From assembly GCF_963921235.1 (NCBI RefSeq), contig NC_086108.1:94614001-94678000 (forward strand): a stretch of DNA of 64,000 bases, written 5' to 3'. Below, in pieces: positions 48,660 to 62,660 of this stretch. The stretch is from Mobula hypostoma (Eukaryota). Both the position numbers and the translations under genes were made by a program. The notes beneath the pieces are model-generated. The model was not told the DNA's origin and did no database searches. It saw only the letters and a program-made list of their open reading frames with translations. How positions within the stretch are numbered: position 1 is the stretch's first letter; each line of letters opens with the position of its first letter.

Positions 48660-51600
48660 CCTGTGCCACGCGACAGTGGGAGTAGGAATACGATGAGGTG
48701 GAGGATAAATGTGTGGCTGAGGGATTAGAGCAGGGGGCAGGGATTCAAGTTTTTGGATCATTGGGACCTCTTTTGGCGCAGGCGTGACCTGTACAAAAAG
48801 GACGGGTTACACTTGAATCCTAGGGGGACCAATATCCTGGCAGGGAGATTAGCGAGGGCTACTGAGGTGACTTTAAACTAGAATGGTTGGGGGGTGAGAA
48901 TCAAATTAAAGAGGCTAGGCGTGAGGAGGTTAGTTCACAACAGGGGGATGGGAACCAGTGCAGAGAGACAGAGGGGTGTAAAGTGAGCGTAGAAGCAAAA
49001 AGTACTAAGGAGAAGAGTAAAAGTGGCAGGCCGACAAATCCAGGGCAAGCATTAAAAAGGGCCACTTTTCAACATAATTGTATAAGGGCTAAGAGAGTTG
49101 TAAAAGAGCGCCTGAAGGCTTTGTGTGTCAATGCAAGGAGCATTCGTAATAAGGTGGATGAATTGAAAGGGCAGATTGTTATTAATGATAATGATATAGT
49201 TGGGATCACAGAGACATGGCTCCAGGGTGACCAAGGATGGGAGCTCAATGTTCAGGGATATTCAATATTCAGGAGGGATAGACATGAAGGAAGGGGAGGT
49301 GGGGTGGCGTTGCTGGTTAAAGAAGAGATTAACGCAATAGAAAGGAAGGACATAAACCGGGAAGATGTGGAATCGATATGGGTAGAGCTGCGTAACACTA
49401 AGGGGCAGAAGACGCTGGTGGGAGTTGTGTACAGGCAGTAGTAATGAGGTCGGAGATGGTATTAAACAGGAAATTAGAAATGTGTGCAATAAAGGAACAG
49501 CAGTTATAATGGGTGACTTCAATCTACATGTAGATTGGGTGAACCAAATTGGTAAAGGTGCTGAGGAAGAGGATTTCTTGGAATGTATGCGGGATGGTTT
49601 TTTGAACCAATATGTCGAGGAACCAACCAGAGAGCAGGCTATTCTGGACTGGGTTTTGAGCAATGAAGAAGGGTTAATTAGCAATCTTGTCGTGAGAGGC
49701 CCCTTGGGTAAGAGTGACCATAATATGGTGGAATTCTTCATTAAGATGGAGAGTGACATAGTTAATTCAGAAACAAAGGTTCTGAACTTAAAGAGGGGTA
49801 ACTTTGAAGGTATGAGACGTGAATTAGCTAAGATAGACTGGCAAATGACACTTAAAGGATTGACTGTGGATATGCAATGGCAAGCATTTAAAGGTTGCAT
49901 GGATGAACTACAACAATTGTTCATCCCAGTTTGGCAAAAGAATAAATCAAGGAAGGTAGTGCACCCGTGACTGACGAGAAATTAGGGATAGTATCAATTC
50001 CAAAGAAGAAGCATACAAATTAGCCAGAGAAAGTGGCTCACCTGAGGACTGGGAGAAATTCAGAGTTCAGCAGAGGAGGACAAAGGGCTTAATTAAGAAG
50101 GGGAAAAAAGATTATGAGAGAAAACTGGCAGGGAACATAAAAACTGACTGTAAAAGCTTTTATGGATATGTAAAAAGGAAAAGACTGGTAAAGACAAATG
50201 TAGGTCCCCTACAGACAGAAACAGGTGAATTGATTATGGGGAGCAAGGACATGGCAGACCAATTGAATAGTTACTTTGGTTCTGTCTTCACTAAGGAGGA
50301 CATAAATAATCTTCCAGAAATAGTAGGGGACAGAGGGTCCAGTGAGATGGAGGAACTGAGCAAAATACTTGTTAGTAGGGAAGTGGTGTAAGGTAAATTG
50401 AAGGGATTGAAGGCAGATAAATCCCCAGGGCCAGATGGTCTGCATCCTAGAGTGCTTAAGGAAGTAGCCCAAGAAATAGTGGATGCATTAGTGATAATTT
50501 TTCAAAACTCGTTAGATTCTGGACTAGTTCCTGAGGATTGGAGGGTGGCTAATGTAACCCCACTTTTTAAAAAAGGAGGGAGAGAGAAACCGGGGAATTA
50601 TAGACCAGTTAGCCTAACGTCGGTGGTGGGGAAACTGCTGGAGTCAGTTATCAAAGATGTGATAACAGCACATTTGGAAAGCGGTGAAATGATCGGACAA
50701 AGTCAGCATGGATTTGTGAAAGGAAAATCATGTCTGACGAATCTCATAGAATTTTTTGAGGATGTAACCAGTAGAGTGGATAGGGGAGAACCAGTGGATG
50801 TGGTATATTTGGATTTTCAAAAGGCTTTTGACAAGGTCTCACACAGGAGATTAGTGTGCAAACTTAAAGCACACGGTATTGGGGGTAAGGTATTGATGTG
50901 GATAGAGAATTGGTTAGCAGACAGGAAGCAAAGAGTGGGAATAAACGGGACCTTTTCAGAATGGCAGGCGGTGACTAGTGGGGTACCGCAAGGCTCAGTG
51001 CTGGGACCCCAGTTGTTTACAATATATATTAATGACTTGGATGAGGGAATTAAATGCAGCATCTCCAAGTTTGCGGATGACACGAAGCTGGGTGGCAGTG
51101 TTAGCTGTGAGGAGGATGCTAAGAGGATGCAGAGTAACTTGGATAGGTTGGGTGAGTGGGCAAATTCATGGCAGATGCAATTTAATGTGGATAAATGTGA
51201 AGTTATCCACTTTGGTGGCAAAAATAGGAAAACAGATTATTATCTGAAAGGTGGCCGATTAGGAAAAGGGGAGGTGCAATGAAACCTAGGTGTCATTATA
51301 CGCCAGTCATTGAAAGTGGGCATGCAGGTACAGCAGGCGGTGAAAAAGGCGAATGGTATGCTGGTATTTATAGTGAGAGGATTCGAGTACAGGAGCAGGG
51401 AGGTACTACTGCAGTTGTACAAGGCCTTGGTGAGACCACACCTGGAGTATTGTGTGCAGTTTTGGTCCCCTGATCTGAGGAAAGACATCCTTGCCATAGA
51501 GGGAGTACAAAGAAGGTTCACCAGATTGATTCCTGGGATGGCAGGACTTTCATATGAAGAAAGACTGGATGAACTGGGCTTGTACTCGTTGGAATTTAGA

Positions 51601-52014
51601 AGATTGAGGGGGGATCTGATTGAAACGTATAAAATCCTAAAGGGATTGGACAGGCTAGATGCAGGAAGATTGTTCCCGATGTTGGGGAAGTCCAGAACAA
51701 GGGGTCACAGTTTGAGGATAAAGGGGAAGCCTTTTAGGATCGAGATTAGGAAAAACTTCTTCATACAGAGAGTGGTGAATCTGTGGAATTCTCTGCCACA
51801 GGAAACAGTTGAGGCCAGTTCATTGGCTATATTTAAGAGGGAGTTAGATATGGCCCTTGTGGCTACGGGGATCAGGGGGTATGGAGGGAAGGCTGGGGCG
51901 GGGTTCTGAGTTGGATGATCAGCCATGATCATAATAAATGGCGATGCAGGCTCGAAGGGCCAAATGGCCTACTCCTGCACTTATTTTCTATGTTTCTATG
52001 TTTCTATGTTTCTA
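48660..52014 (+). mobile_element. Near-complete CR1 LINE (end of ORF1 SGNH-esterase, ORF2 APE and RT), inactivated
   Basis: ORF1 end DHWDLFW...KKDGLHLNPRGTNILA; APE NARSIRNK, GITETWL, GDFN, SDH; RT SPGPDG, YLDFQKAFDKV, GVPQGSVLGP, FADD; (TTCTATGT)n tail. Contains a few stops and frameshifts (about 49438, 49968, 50388, 51280). Confidence 0.96.
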
Positions 52015-52066
52015 ATCACCCACCCCTCTAGATCAATATCACCATATACAGCATTTTGGAGATATA

Positions 52067-52421
52067 TACTCTGTGGCCACTTTATTAGGTACATCTGTAC
52101 ACCAGCTTGTTAATGCAAGTATCTAATCCGCCAGTCATATGGCAGCAACTCGATGTGTTAAAGCATGCAGACGTGGTCAAGAGGTTCAGTTGTTGCTCAG
52201 ACCAAATATCAGAATGGGGGAAGAAATGTGATCTAAGTGACTCTGACCGTAGAACGTTTGTTGCTGCCAGCTGGAGTGGTTTGAGTATCTCAGAAACTGC
52301 TGATCTCCTGGGATTTTCATACACAACGGTCTCTAGAGTTTATGGAGTGGATGGGTGACAGCTACAGAAGACCATGAAAAATGGCAAATTTATGAGGTAC
52401 CCATAAAGTGGCCACTGAGTG
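52067..52421 (+). mobile_element. Non-autonomous Tc1-like element
   Basis: TIRs actctgtggccactttattaggtac / ataaagtggccactgagtg|TA; GKKCDLSD..R...SISETADLLGFS.TTVSRVY HTH remnant. Confidence 0.82.
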
Positions 52422-53589
52422 TAACAACAAGACAGCAGGACTTTGCCCCACACTCAGTTCTACCATTCACAACAATCATGGCCATGCCAACCTTAGCCTC
52501 AGCTCCACTCTCAAGGACTGGAATGGATAGTATTTTGGGAAATTGAGTATTTTAAGAATAGTTAGGGAAATGGAAACAAAGTCAAGATCAGATGAGTCAA
52601 AGGCTCAAATGGCTATCCCTGATCATAATTCTCCTCTTCTCACCCCATTGATCTTCCTTCCTCGATGGTTGGCAAATCTTTTACCATTATAAATCTGTTT
52701 CAACCACAAACTGTTTCAGCTGCTTCTGTCTGGCAAATGATACCACAGCATTGAGGCCAGGACCAACAGACTCAGGGACAGCTTCCATCACCAGGCCACC
52801 AGATTGATCAATACACATTGATCTGATTGCATATCTGACTCTACATTGTATCTGACTATGTACATGCATACAATCTTAGTGTTTGGGCAATACCCTCTCA
52901 CATTTCACATTTTCCTTCCTTAATTCTTGTACATAGTGATGGAAGCACAACATGAAGATTTTCACTTACTCCTGTTGTGAGATGGATGTAAGAAAATAAA
53001 ATTCTAATTCTAATTTAAATTCTAATCTATTGATGAGGTTGCCGTTCAATATTCTAAACTTGTGGTAAGCCATGATCTGTTTGTGCAGCCTTCCTTCATA
53101 TTCTACCACTTTACATTCAAACCTGGAAATATAAATACTTCATGTAGATTTCTGCTGTAGCCACATCCTTCCTGCCCTGTGGTAAGCAGAAGAGCACGCA
53201 ATTCTCCTCTTGTGACCAAATTTGTCAATTGTGCAAACCTAGCATGTCTTCCCTGTTCTCATCTCTTTAACATTGGCTAATAAACACAAGGATCCCGCAA
53301 AATTCCTCAGGTACCTCATTTACCAACATCTCATTATCTTCAGGGATCCACAGACATAGTTAATGTTTGCATATAAATATTTCTTATTCTAATTTAATTT
53401 TTTTATGCCACAAAACAACAAGCTTCATGATTATTAAGTGAGCACCTCCCAGTCGGTGCATTCATAGCAGTCTAGCAGGGTTTCCACAGATACTTTTTTT
53501 TCACAGTTTGACTTGGATTTTAGCTGTGTCCTTCCTTTGAAGTATTGTTCGGTAGGCGGGCACTAGATAAATGACGTTGTGGTCACTGA

Positions 53590-55138
53590 CTCACTCTTGT
53601 GGCATGGTTGATGCAGTACTGCACCATACCTCCACACACCTGGAGAGTCCCGGATCATTTGTTAGGGTGTTGTTTGTGGACTTGTCCAGTGCATTGAACC
53701 TCATCTCATGGGACACAAACTCTGGCAAATGAATGTAAAGCCCCACCTCATACTCCTCATCCTCTCCTTTCTCACAGACACCAAAAAGTGAGGTGTAGTG
53801 GTTATATGAGCACCAGCAGGCAAATGCCAACAGGAGCAGCACAGGGGCGTGGTTACCTCACCAGCCTCGTTCACACTGTACACAAATGCCTGCAGAAGCT
53901 CATACCCAGGCATGCAGCACATCGAGTATTCAGACGACACAGTCATCTTTGACACTACCAGCTCTGGTGATTCATCAGTGTGGAAATCAATACATTTGCT
54001 GGGTGCTGCAAAAACAACTATCTGGACCCAAACCCCAGTACAAAACTAAGGAAATGGTAGTGGAATTTAGTACACTATCCCAGCCCTGGAAATAAGTGGG
54101 CAGTCGATAGAGCGTTTTGGAGAATACAAGTACCTCGGCACAATTATAGATAGCAAAATCAGCTTTAAGACCAATGCTGCGTTGGTACTCTCCAAGGGCC
54201 AACAATGGCCATTTTCCCTTTGGAAGGTATGGAAACTTCAGGTGCAGGCATCGATTCTCCAAACATTTGACAAATGCTTCACCGAATCAGTAGTAACATC
54301 ACGGCACGGTTCGGAGCAATGAGCACTATCAACCTCAGCCCGCTCGACAAAATTGTCAGAATAAGTAGTAAAATCATCGGCCGGGAGCAAGAATCAACAA
54401 ATAGCAGAGGACATTACACATACACTTCACAGATACTACACTCTCATGCCATCTGGACACCGCTACAGGTCCCTGCCCATCAGCACCAGAAGAGCCTTAT
54501 CCAGTTTTGCCCCATTCGCCTCCTCGACACCTAATTCTGAATATATAATGTACTTAACACCTTTGACAGTAAAAACAGCCAGTTTTATTACGCGCATTTG
54601 TAGTTTAAAATCACGTGCATTAATTCTTAGGATTTATTATCTATTGTGAGTATTTTTTTGTCGACAAAAAAGCTTTGCAGAGGGTGGTTAGGGGAGCAGA
54701 GAAGGTTATTGGGGTCTCCCTACCTTCTGTCCAAGACCTCTTTCAGAGTCGATGCCTCCAGAAGACACGGTACATCATTAAAGACCCCTCACACCCTCTC
54801 CATGAACTGTTTGTTCTTCTGCCATCAGGCAAACGTTACAGGAGCATCAAAACTAAAACCACAAGGCTACTAAACAGCTTCCTCCCACAGGCAGTCAGAC
54901 TGCTAAATAGCTGCTCTACCTGACTCTGCTTTGGACACTTTTAACTTGCACTGGACACTTATAACTGATTTTAACTGACATGTGGCTGTTGTGTTTTACT
55001 ATTTATTGTTATGTTTATTATTTAGTGTTGCGTTTGTTATGTTATGATTGCACTGCCCCTGAGAAACGCTGTCTCATTCTGCCCTGCAGAGCTGATGTAT
55101 GGTTAGAATGACAATAAAGTTTTTTGAATCTTGAATCT
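53590..55138 (+). mobile_element. Rex1/Babar-type LINE RT remnants (old copy plus a younger 3' end at 54660-55138)
   Basis: FVRVLFVDLSSA, FTLYTN, YSDDT, KTKEMVVEF, LQRVVR.AEKVIG..LP, LPSGKRYRS; (tgaatct)n tail. Confidence 0.8.
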
Positions 55139-55694
55139 TTATATTGTGTTTAAATATATATAGTGTGGAGTTATGTATCTTAAGCTCTGTGATATTGTCC
55201 TTATCACTGAACAAACGAAGTTCCTCACAGAAAATAAAGTGAATTGAATATGTCAGTGATAATAAACCTAATTTTGGTTCTGAAATGTCTCTGTCCCTCC
55301 ACACTTCTCATTGCTTTATCATTTATTCTGCATTCTCTTACCTTGTTTGACTGCCCCAAAAGTGTTAATAAGTGTTAAATTCAATAATTTTTTTTCCCAT
55401 TGACAACTACCTCCCCTCCTCTTCCTCACTGGCATGGTCAAAGCTTGTTTTCATTCATCAGGCTGTACAATCACAAGAGGGATTTCAAAAAGAAACCAAA
55501 GGTTAAATGAATAGCCTATTTTTTATTGAATGTGAAGTCAGAAGGAGTTCTTCCAATACCTTGGCCAAAATTCCTTCCTCAAACTTCATCTAATCAGTCC
55601 ATTAGGACTGTCTTCAGCAATACTGCACCAACTACTCATCTTAAGAACACTTGGTTCAGTAATGCTGAAGGCAGAGGAATAGGATGCAAGAGGT

Positions 55695-56700
55695 TACACT
55701 TGTGACTGTGTGGCTAAGCACAGCTCCAATGCCATACTTATATTTGCTGACAACACCACTGTCGTTGGCCAAATCAAGAGTGGTGAGAAATCAGCATACA
55801 GGAGGGAGACTGAAAATCTGTCTGAGTGGTGCCACAACAACAACCTCTCACTCAGTGTCAGCAAGACCAAGGAGCTGATCATTGATTTCAGGAGGAGGAA
55901 ACTGGAAATCCATGAGGCAGTCCGCATTCAGGGATCAAAGATGGAAAAGGTCAGCAACTTGAAGTTCCTCAGTGTTATCATTTCAGAGGATCTGGCCTGG
56001 GCCCAGCACATACGTGAAATTACAAAGGAAGCACTACCGTGCTCTACTTCCTTAGAAGTTTATGAAGGTTTGGCATGACATCTAAAACTTTAACAAACTT
56101 CTATAGATGTAGAGAGTACATAGACTGGTTGCATCACAGCCTGGTATGGAAACACCAATGCTCTTGAATGGAAAATCCTACAAAAAGTGGTGGTTACAGA
56201 CCGGCCATTATGGGCCTAACATTGAGCACATCTACCTGGAGCACTGTCGCAGGAAAGCAGTATCCATCATCAGGAATCTCCACCACCCAGGTCATAATGC
56301 TCTCTTCTCACTGCTGCCATCAGGAAGAAGTTACAGGAGGGTCAGGACTCACACTACCAGGTTCAGGAACCATTATTACCCCTTAACTATCAGACTCTTG
56401 AACCAGTGAGGATAACTTCACTTGCCCTATCACTGAACTCTTTCACAACTAATGGACTCATTTTCAAGGATTCTTCATTTCGTGTTCTCGATATTTATTG
56501 CTTACTTATTTATTTGTTTGTTTGTTTATTTACTTATTTATCTATTGTTCTCTTTTTTATTTGCACAGTGCGTTTTCTTTTTACACATTGATTGTGTGTC
56601 CACCCTGTTGGGTGCTGTCTTTCATTGAGTCTATTACGGTTCTTGGATTTACTAAGTATGCCTGCAAGAAAATGAATCTCAGGTTTGTTCTTGATGACAG
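55695..56700 (+). mobile_element. Rex1/Babar-type LINE 3' part
   Basis: FADNTTVVG.I, WCHNNNLSLSVSKTKELIIDFRR, HHPGH.ALFSLLPSGRSYR. Confidence 0.85.
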
Positions 56701-56704
56701 ACAT

Positions 56705-59649
56705 GTACCAGGGATGGAGAGTTGCTCTTGGCATCTTCTGGATGCATTGGCACCCCAAACAGTGCATGGCAAGTTGATCGATCTGATTCCTCTTGACCAC
56801 ACCTAAATGACCGGCATGTAGTTCCTCCAACCCTTTAGCTCTCAGCTTGGATGGTACAACAACTCTCAAACCCCACAAAAGGTAACCCCCAACAAGGTAA
56901 AATTTGGATAATTGGAATTCCTTCTGCACATTCCAGCCATTTGGGGTGGCCATGTAGATCTGAGACAGTGTGGGGTCATTTCTGGTTTCCCTTTCAATCA
57001 TCTCTGCCATAATAAGGAGACTTTCAGTTTGCATCAGGGAGAATATGGCAAGAGGACTATCCTCTTTTGTAAAATTTTCAGGTATTTCCTTTTCAAAGGG
57101 TAAGCAGGACAATCCAACAGCATTTCCTTAAATAATCGTCCTCCTGAATTCGATCTTGTAATTGATCGAATTCCAGGAAACAGAGCCCATCTCTACATTT
57201 GTGCTGCCGCTGTTAGTGGAACAGCTGCTGTGGATTGAAAATGGACACTAGTGGTTGATGATCAGTAATAAGGATAAACTCTCACCCATACAAATACTCT
57301 TTGAAATGTTTAACACCCTAAACCAGACTCAATCAATCTCTGTATAATTTTTTTTTCCTCGGCAGCAGTAATGGAACGTGATGCAAAGGCTATGGGACGT
57401 TCACTTCTATCACTCGTAACAATATGACATGACTGCACCTATACCATAAGCAGTATGTCACAGGCAAGCTTTACCAGACCGTTGGACGTTACCAGTTCCT
57501 TTACATTCTTGAAAGCCACTTCACTCTGCTTTGTCTGTTGCCATGTCCTCCTGGTCTGCAGTAATGAGTCCAGGGGATGGAGTACAGTAGCTAAATTTGG
57601 CAGGAACTTGTTACAGTAATTGACAATTCCTAAAAAGGGCTTCAACTGTAACATATCCTTTGGCCTTGGGGCTTCCATTGCTGCTTAAATTTTCTCAACA
57701 CAATTATTTAATACTTGTGCGTTGATGGTGTGACCACAGTAAGTAATGCTTGGTTTAAAGAATTTACACTTGTTGCATTGTGCTCTGAGCCCATAATCTT
57801 CTAACATTTTTAACACTGTCTTGTGATTTTGGAGGTGTGCCTCGCCATCCTCACTGGTAACAATGATGGCCTCAAGGTAACACTGAGTGCCTGGGCAGCC
57901 TTGCAGCACCTGGTCCATAGTTTTCTGCCAGAGTGCAGGTGCAGATGCTGCTCCAGAAAAAAGCCTATAATAGTGAAAAAGTCCTTTGAATGTTTATGTT
58001 GAGAAACACTTTGGACTCTTCTTCCATCTCCATCTGTAGGTAGGCCTCAGCTAAGTTGTCTTTGCTGAAGTGTTTCCCTCCAGAAAGGTTTGCAAAGATA
58101 AATTTATGCCCAATATGGTTGTTGGTTGTTGTATTTCACTGTTACGAATGTCATTCCCACAGGAGTTACCTTTTCTCCAGTATAAGTTCTTCATTGGATA
58201 TCTGCAGGCTTCAGTTCCATTTCTTTGAAATGCTGTTCAACCTCATTTTGTGGAATGACAAACAGCCAAGCCAGTGTCCAATTCCATTATAAGTAATTTG
58301 CTGTTCACCTCTGGTGTAAGCCATTTGCTTGCCTATTGTTAGTTTTCACATTGTAAATCTCAAGGCTACTCAGTCCTGTATCACTTTCATCATTATCAGA
58401 TTTTTCATCAACAGCATGCAGATTAGTGTTCTTTTTGAAAGTTCAACTTAACCTTTTATCTTTTTCTCTTCCCCGTGCAGTTCATTTATTTTTGTCTGCC
58501 CGACATGCTCTTTGTTGCATTTTCTACAAGTTTCACCTTTAAATCTGATAATCTGGTGTGTGTGAGCCCCTGCCACAATGGTAACAGAATTTGTTCAGCC
58601 AGTCTAGTTTCTGTTTAGATGATACAATTTTGTTCACACTCACTTTTATTCCTGACTGCAACAATTGCGTGTCTATCTGCTGTTCCCATTGATACAGTGA
58701 TTTCAACTGCTCCTTTAAATGTGAGTTGTGCTTCAGTTAGGAGCCATTTTTGAATGCTTTCTTGTAAGATTCCACAAACTAAACAATCTCTCAGTGCATC
58801 ATTAAGCCCATCACTGAACTGACAATGCTCGGACAATCTCTTCAGTTCAACCACGGAAGCTGAAATGGACTCTCCTTCCTTTTGATTACACTTATGAAAC
58901 CTAAAGTGTTCTGCAATCAACAATGGTTTCAGTTCGAAATTTTCCTGCATTACGTTAACGATATCAGTAAAATTTATTTCGGCTGGTTTGGATGGAGTAG
59001 TCAAACTTGTAAGTAAGCTGTATGCTTTTCCATCTATTACATTCAGCCACACTGGCACTTATTTCTTATCAGCTGTTCCAGTTGAATTAAAATACTGGTT
59101 CAGTTTGTTCAGTATACATCATTCAGTATCTATTGTGCAATTGAAGGCACCTATCTTTCTGATATAGCCAGCCATTTACACTGTTTATGATAATTATTAT
59201 TATTATCACCCCGTACTCGCTGTTTACAAACTTGTGGCCATACCCATTGCTTGTTCATTTTGTCCATTTTCTGCCTTTTTAAAAAACTCAACCATCTCTC
59301 TCCCCATCCGAAGAAACATGTGCTGTGCTTTTTTAAAATGCTCTAATGTCTCTCTCAATCTGCTTCTGAAGAATAAACAGGCTGCACTTCAACAAGTAGG
59401 TAGTCATCTCAGGTTTGTTTTAAAACTTCCTCGTAACTCCAGAAGCTAATTAAAAGAAAAACATGGGAGCGAAGATGAACTTGTCTACTTAGTTTTTCTT
59501 TCGGCAAGGCATTCACATATGACATGCTGGTGTAATGATGTATGCCATTCAGATCCTTACACAGTCCCCATGACGAATTATGGAAACAACAAAGAATGCT
59601 TAATCAAACAATGTATTTATAATATTACCGAAATATTAAATATGCTACA
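56705..59649 (-). mobile_element. Degenerate Gypsy LTR retrotransposon (Mag/K02A2.6-like): 5' LTR, gag, RT, RNase H, integrase start
   Basis: gag FRFHKCNQKEGESI...LRDCLVCGI; RT MDQVLQG...CYL..IIV...KCKFF..ITYCGH.I; FLGIVNY..KF.PNLA...LACD; integrase H2C2 RVVVP..LR...LEELH.GHLG. LTR candidate about 59440-59649, starting TGTAG on the minus strand. Confidence 0.9.
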
Positions 59650-60489
59650 GTGGGGGCATAACATTAAGGTGTTGGAGGAAAGTATAGTGAGGATGTCAGC
59701 AGTGGGTTTTCACACAGAGGGTGGGCAGGTGTGTGGGACACTCTGTCAAGGGTAGTGGTAGCAGCAGATACATTAGGGGCTCATGGATGAAAGAAAACAG
59801 GGGGCTATGTCAGAAGGAAGGGTTAGATTGATCCTGAAGTAAGTTAAAAGGTTGGCACAACAGCTTGGGCTGAAAAGCCTGTACTGTGCTTTATTGTTCT
59901 ATGTTCTAACAAAATTGGAAATCGATTTATTGATTTTTACGAAGTGTTTGCAGAAGGATCTGCCAATACCAATAACTTGATACTGTATGCATGTGGTGTT
60001 TAACAGATGGAAGGTGGAACACAGAACAGGAAAAATCCTTTGACTCACTTTGTCTGCACTGCTCATGATACCATTCTGCCTGCACATGGTCAAAATCCTT
60101 CCGTTCCTCATCTGCTCGTGTGATTGCCTGAATGCCTCTTAAATGTTAGTGGTATCTGATTCTACCCCTCTCTGTATATAAAACATAGCTTGAAAATCTA
60201 CGTGAAGTTTACCCCCTCTCACTGTAAAGCTATGACCTCATGTATCTGATATTTCCACTCTGGGAAAAAGACTGAATATGTACCTTCTCTGTGCCCCTCA
60301 TAACTTTTTCAAGATCACAGCTTCAGACGCTCTGAAGAACAGAATCCAATTTGTCCACCTTTCCCTTATAGCTAATACACCGCAATCTAGGTAACATCCT
60401 GGTGGAACGCCTCCACACCCTCTCCACATCCTCCCTATAGTCTGATGACCAGAACTACACACAATACCTTGGATACTGCACACAACATC

Positions 60490-60880
60490 TTTAGGAAGTG
60501 GTGTCTCAGAAAGGCAGCGTCCATTGTTAAAGACCTCCAGCACACAGGGCATGCCCTTTTCTCACTGTTACCATCAGGTAGGAGATGCACACACTCAGCG
60601 ATTCAGGAACAGTTTCTTCCCCTCTGCCATCCGATTCCTAAATGGACTTTGAAATTTTGGACACTACCTCACTTTTTTTAATACACAGTATTTCTGTTTT
60701 TGCACATTTTTTTAATGATCTATTTTGATTTACTTGTTTATTTATTATGTTTTATTTTATTTATTATTTTTTTTATCTCCCTCTCTCTGCTAGATTATGT
60801 ATTGCATTGAACTGCTGCTGCTAAGTTAACAAATTTCACGTCACATGCCGGTGATAATAAACCTGATTCCGATTCTGATC
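60490..60880 (+). mobile_element. Rex1/Babar-type LINE 3' end
   Basis: CLRKAASIVKD..H.GHALFSLLPSGRR and aataaacctgattc tail. Confidence 0.78.
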
Positions 60881-62119
60881 CTGAATATGGCCAAACAGAA
60901 GTTTTATTCATCTGCAATGTGACTTCACGACCTTCGAACCCAGTGCCCTGACTGATAAAAGCAAGTAGGACCAATGCTTTGTTTACCGTCGTATCTACTT
61001 GTGTTGTCTCAGAAGGATGTCAGAAAGGATGAATCTACGACAGGACCACAGAATGTGCAGAAAGATAAAGCTTGCAGCAATAATCCAGGTTCCTCTAAAT
61101 CTGTTAAGACAATAAAAGATTCCCAAGTCACCATTTTCTTTACTCTTCTCATCAAAAGGTTGAAAGTTATGACCAAATCCTGATATTCCTGAGATCAATG
61201 TTTTTAAAGACAATGGAGCCCAGGTTACCCTGGAGAGAGATGAAGGGCTGTTCCCACTGCCAAAAACAGCTCTACCACTTAAGTAGTAAGTAAGGCTCAG
61301 ATACCAGAGTAAACTAGTTCTAGAGAAACATTCAACATGCCATATGATCACAGGCAAGCATTATAATCACAAACAGAATATCCTTTGGGGACTTGGAAAC
61401 GGAACATCACTGAATCACTTGCATTATGTTCTGTTTTCCTCTTTCTATAAACCTTTTTTAAAATCTGGTTCTAGGCTAATTCACATGGTCTGTTTTCGTG
61501 GGCAGCTACTGAACTAGTGTCAAACGATGCAGTGCTCGGGTCATTCAATGACCCCTATGCTTTATTTTCCCTCCATACTCGTCCTCTCTGCAGAGTCCTC
61601 TTATTCCCTACCCTTCAGTATATTAATTCTAAGATCTTGGTCCCTTATATTCATTTTCAAATTTCTTCTCCAAGTATTTTCTAGTCATCATTCCCAGTTT
61701 TCCAAATCCATATTGTTGCCAAAACTCTTGCTGCTCTGCAACCACACTCCATTAGAACTCCCAGAAATAACTTCACCTTATTAACACACTGTTCCTTCAA
61801 ACGTTCCTACAAGTCTGACCCTTCAGCCATGTCCTCTTCAATCTTCCCATCCTTCTCTGGCCCTTTGCCATTCCATCTCTGCTTATCCACTTCTGCTCCA
61901 CCTTCACACAATCTCTCCACAAGTCCTTTTACTTAAGGAACTATTGATTCATATGCCAACCGAGCATTTGTCCTTCTTCAGGGACATTTTGGCACAAATC
62001 TTGCCTGTCTTTTAGGTTAAGTGCTCCACACTGCCCTAAAAACTTTGACTCGACCAGGGTGCCCAAGAAGATTGAACAGTGTTGACTGGCTCTATGATTG
62101 GTAACAATTCATGCAATTT

Positions 62120-62660
62120 GAAACACGCACAAAATGCTGGAGGAACTCAGCAAGCCAGGTAGCATCTGTGGAGGGGAATAAACCATTGGCATTTTGGAAC
62201 CAGGCCCTTCATCAGAACTGGAAAGGAAGGGGGGCAGAGACCAGAATAAGAAGGCAGGGGAGGGGAAGGAGAACATTGGCATCTGATAGGTGAGACCCAG
62301 TGAGGGGGAAGGTGGGTATTTGGGGAAGGATGGATAATATCAGAAGCTGAGAGGTGATAGGTATAAGAGGTAAAGTTGCTGAAGAAGGAGAAATCTGATA
62401 GGACAGGACAGAAGACCATGGGAGAAAGGGAAGGAGGAGGGGAACCGGGGAAGATGATGGGCAGGTGAGGAGAAGAGAAGGCCTGAGGGGGTAACAAGAA
62501 TGAGGAATGGAAACAAGAGGAGCCAGGAGAACAGATAAATTACCAAAAGTTGGAGAAATCAATGCTCATGCCATCAGGTTGGAGGCCACCCAGATGGAAT
62601 ATGAGGTGCTGCTGCTCCAATTTGGTCTTCTGATGGTAGCAGAGGAGGTCGTGGACCTAC
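62120..62660 (-). mobile_element. Penelope-like 3' fragment
   Basis: Reverse complement of the pLTR tail and EQQHLIFHLGGLQPDGMSI. Confidence 0.78.

Noticed and set aside
60974..61295. Possible plus-strand exon(s) of another gene
   Set aside because: An acceptor-like site and a hydrophilic frame exist, but the frame is broken and I recognise no homology.
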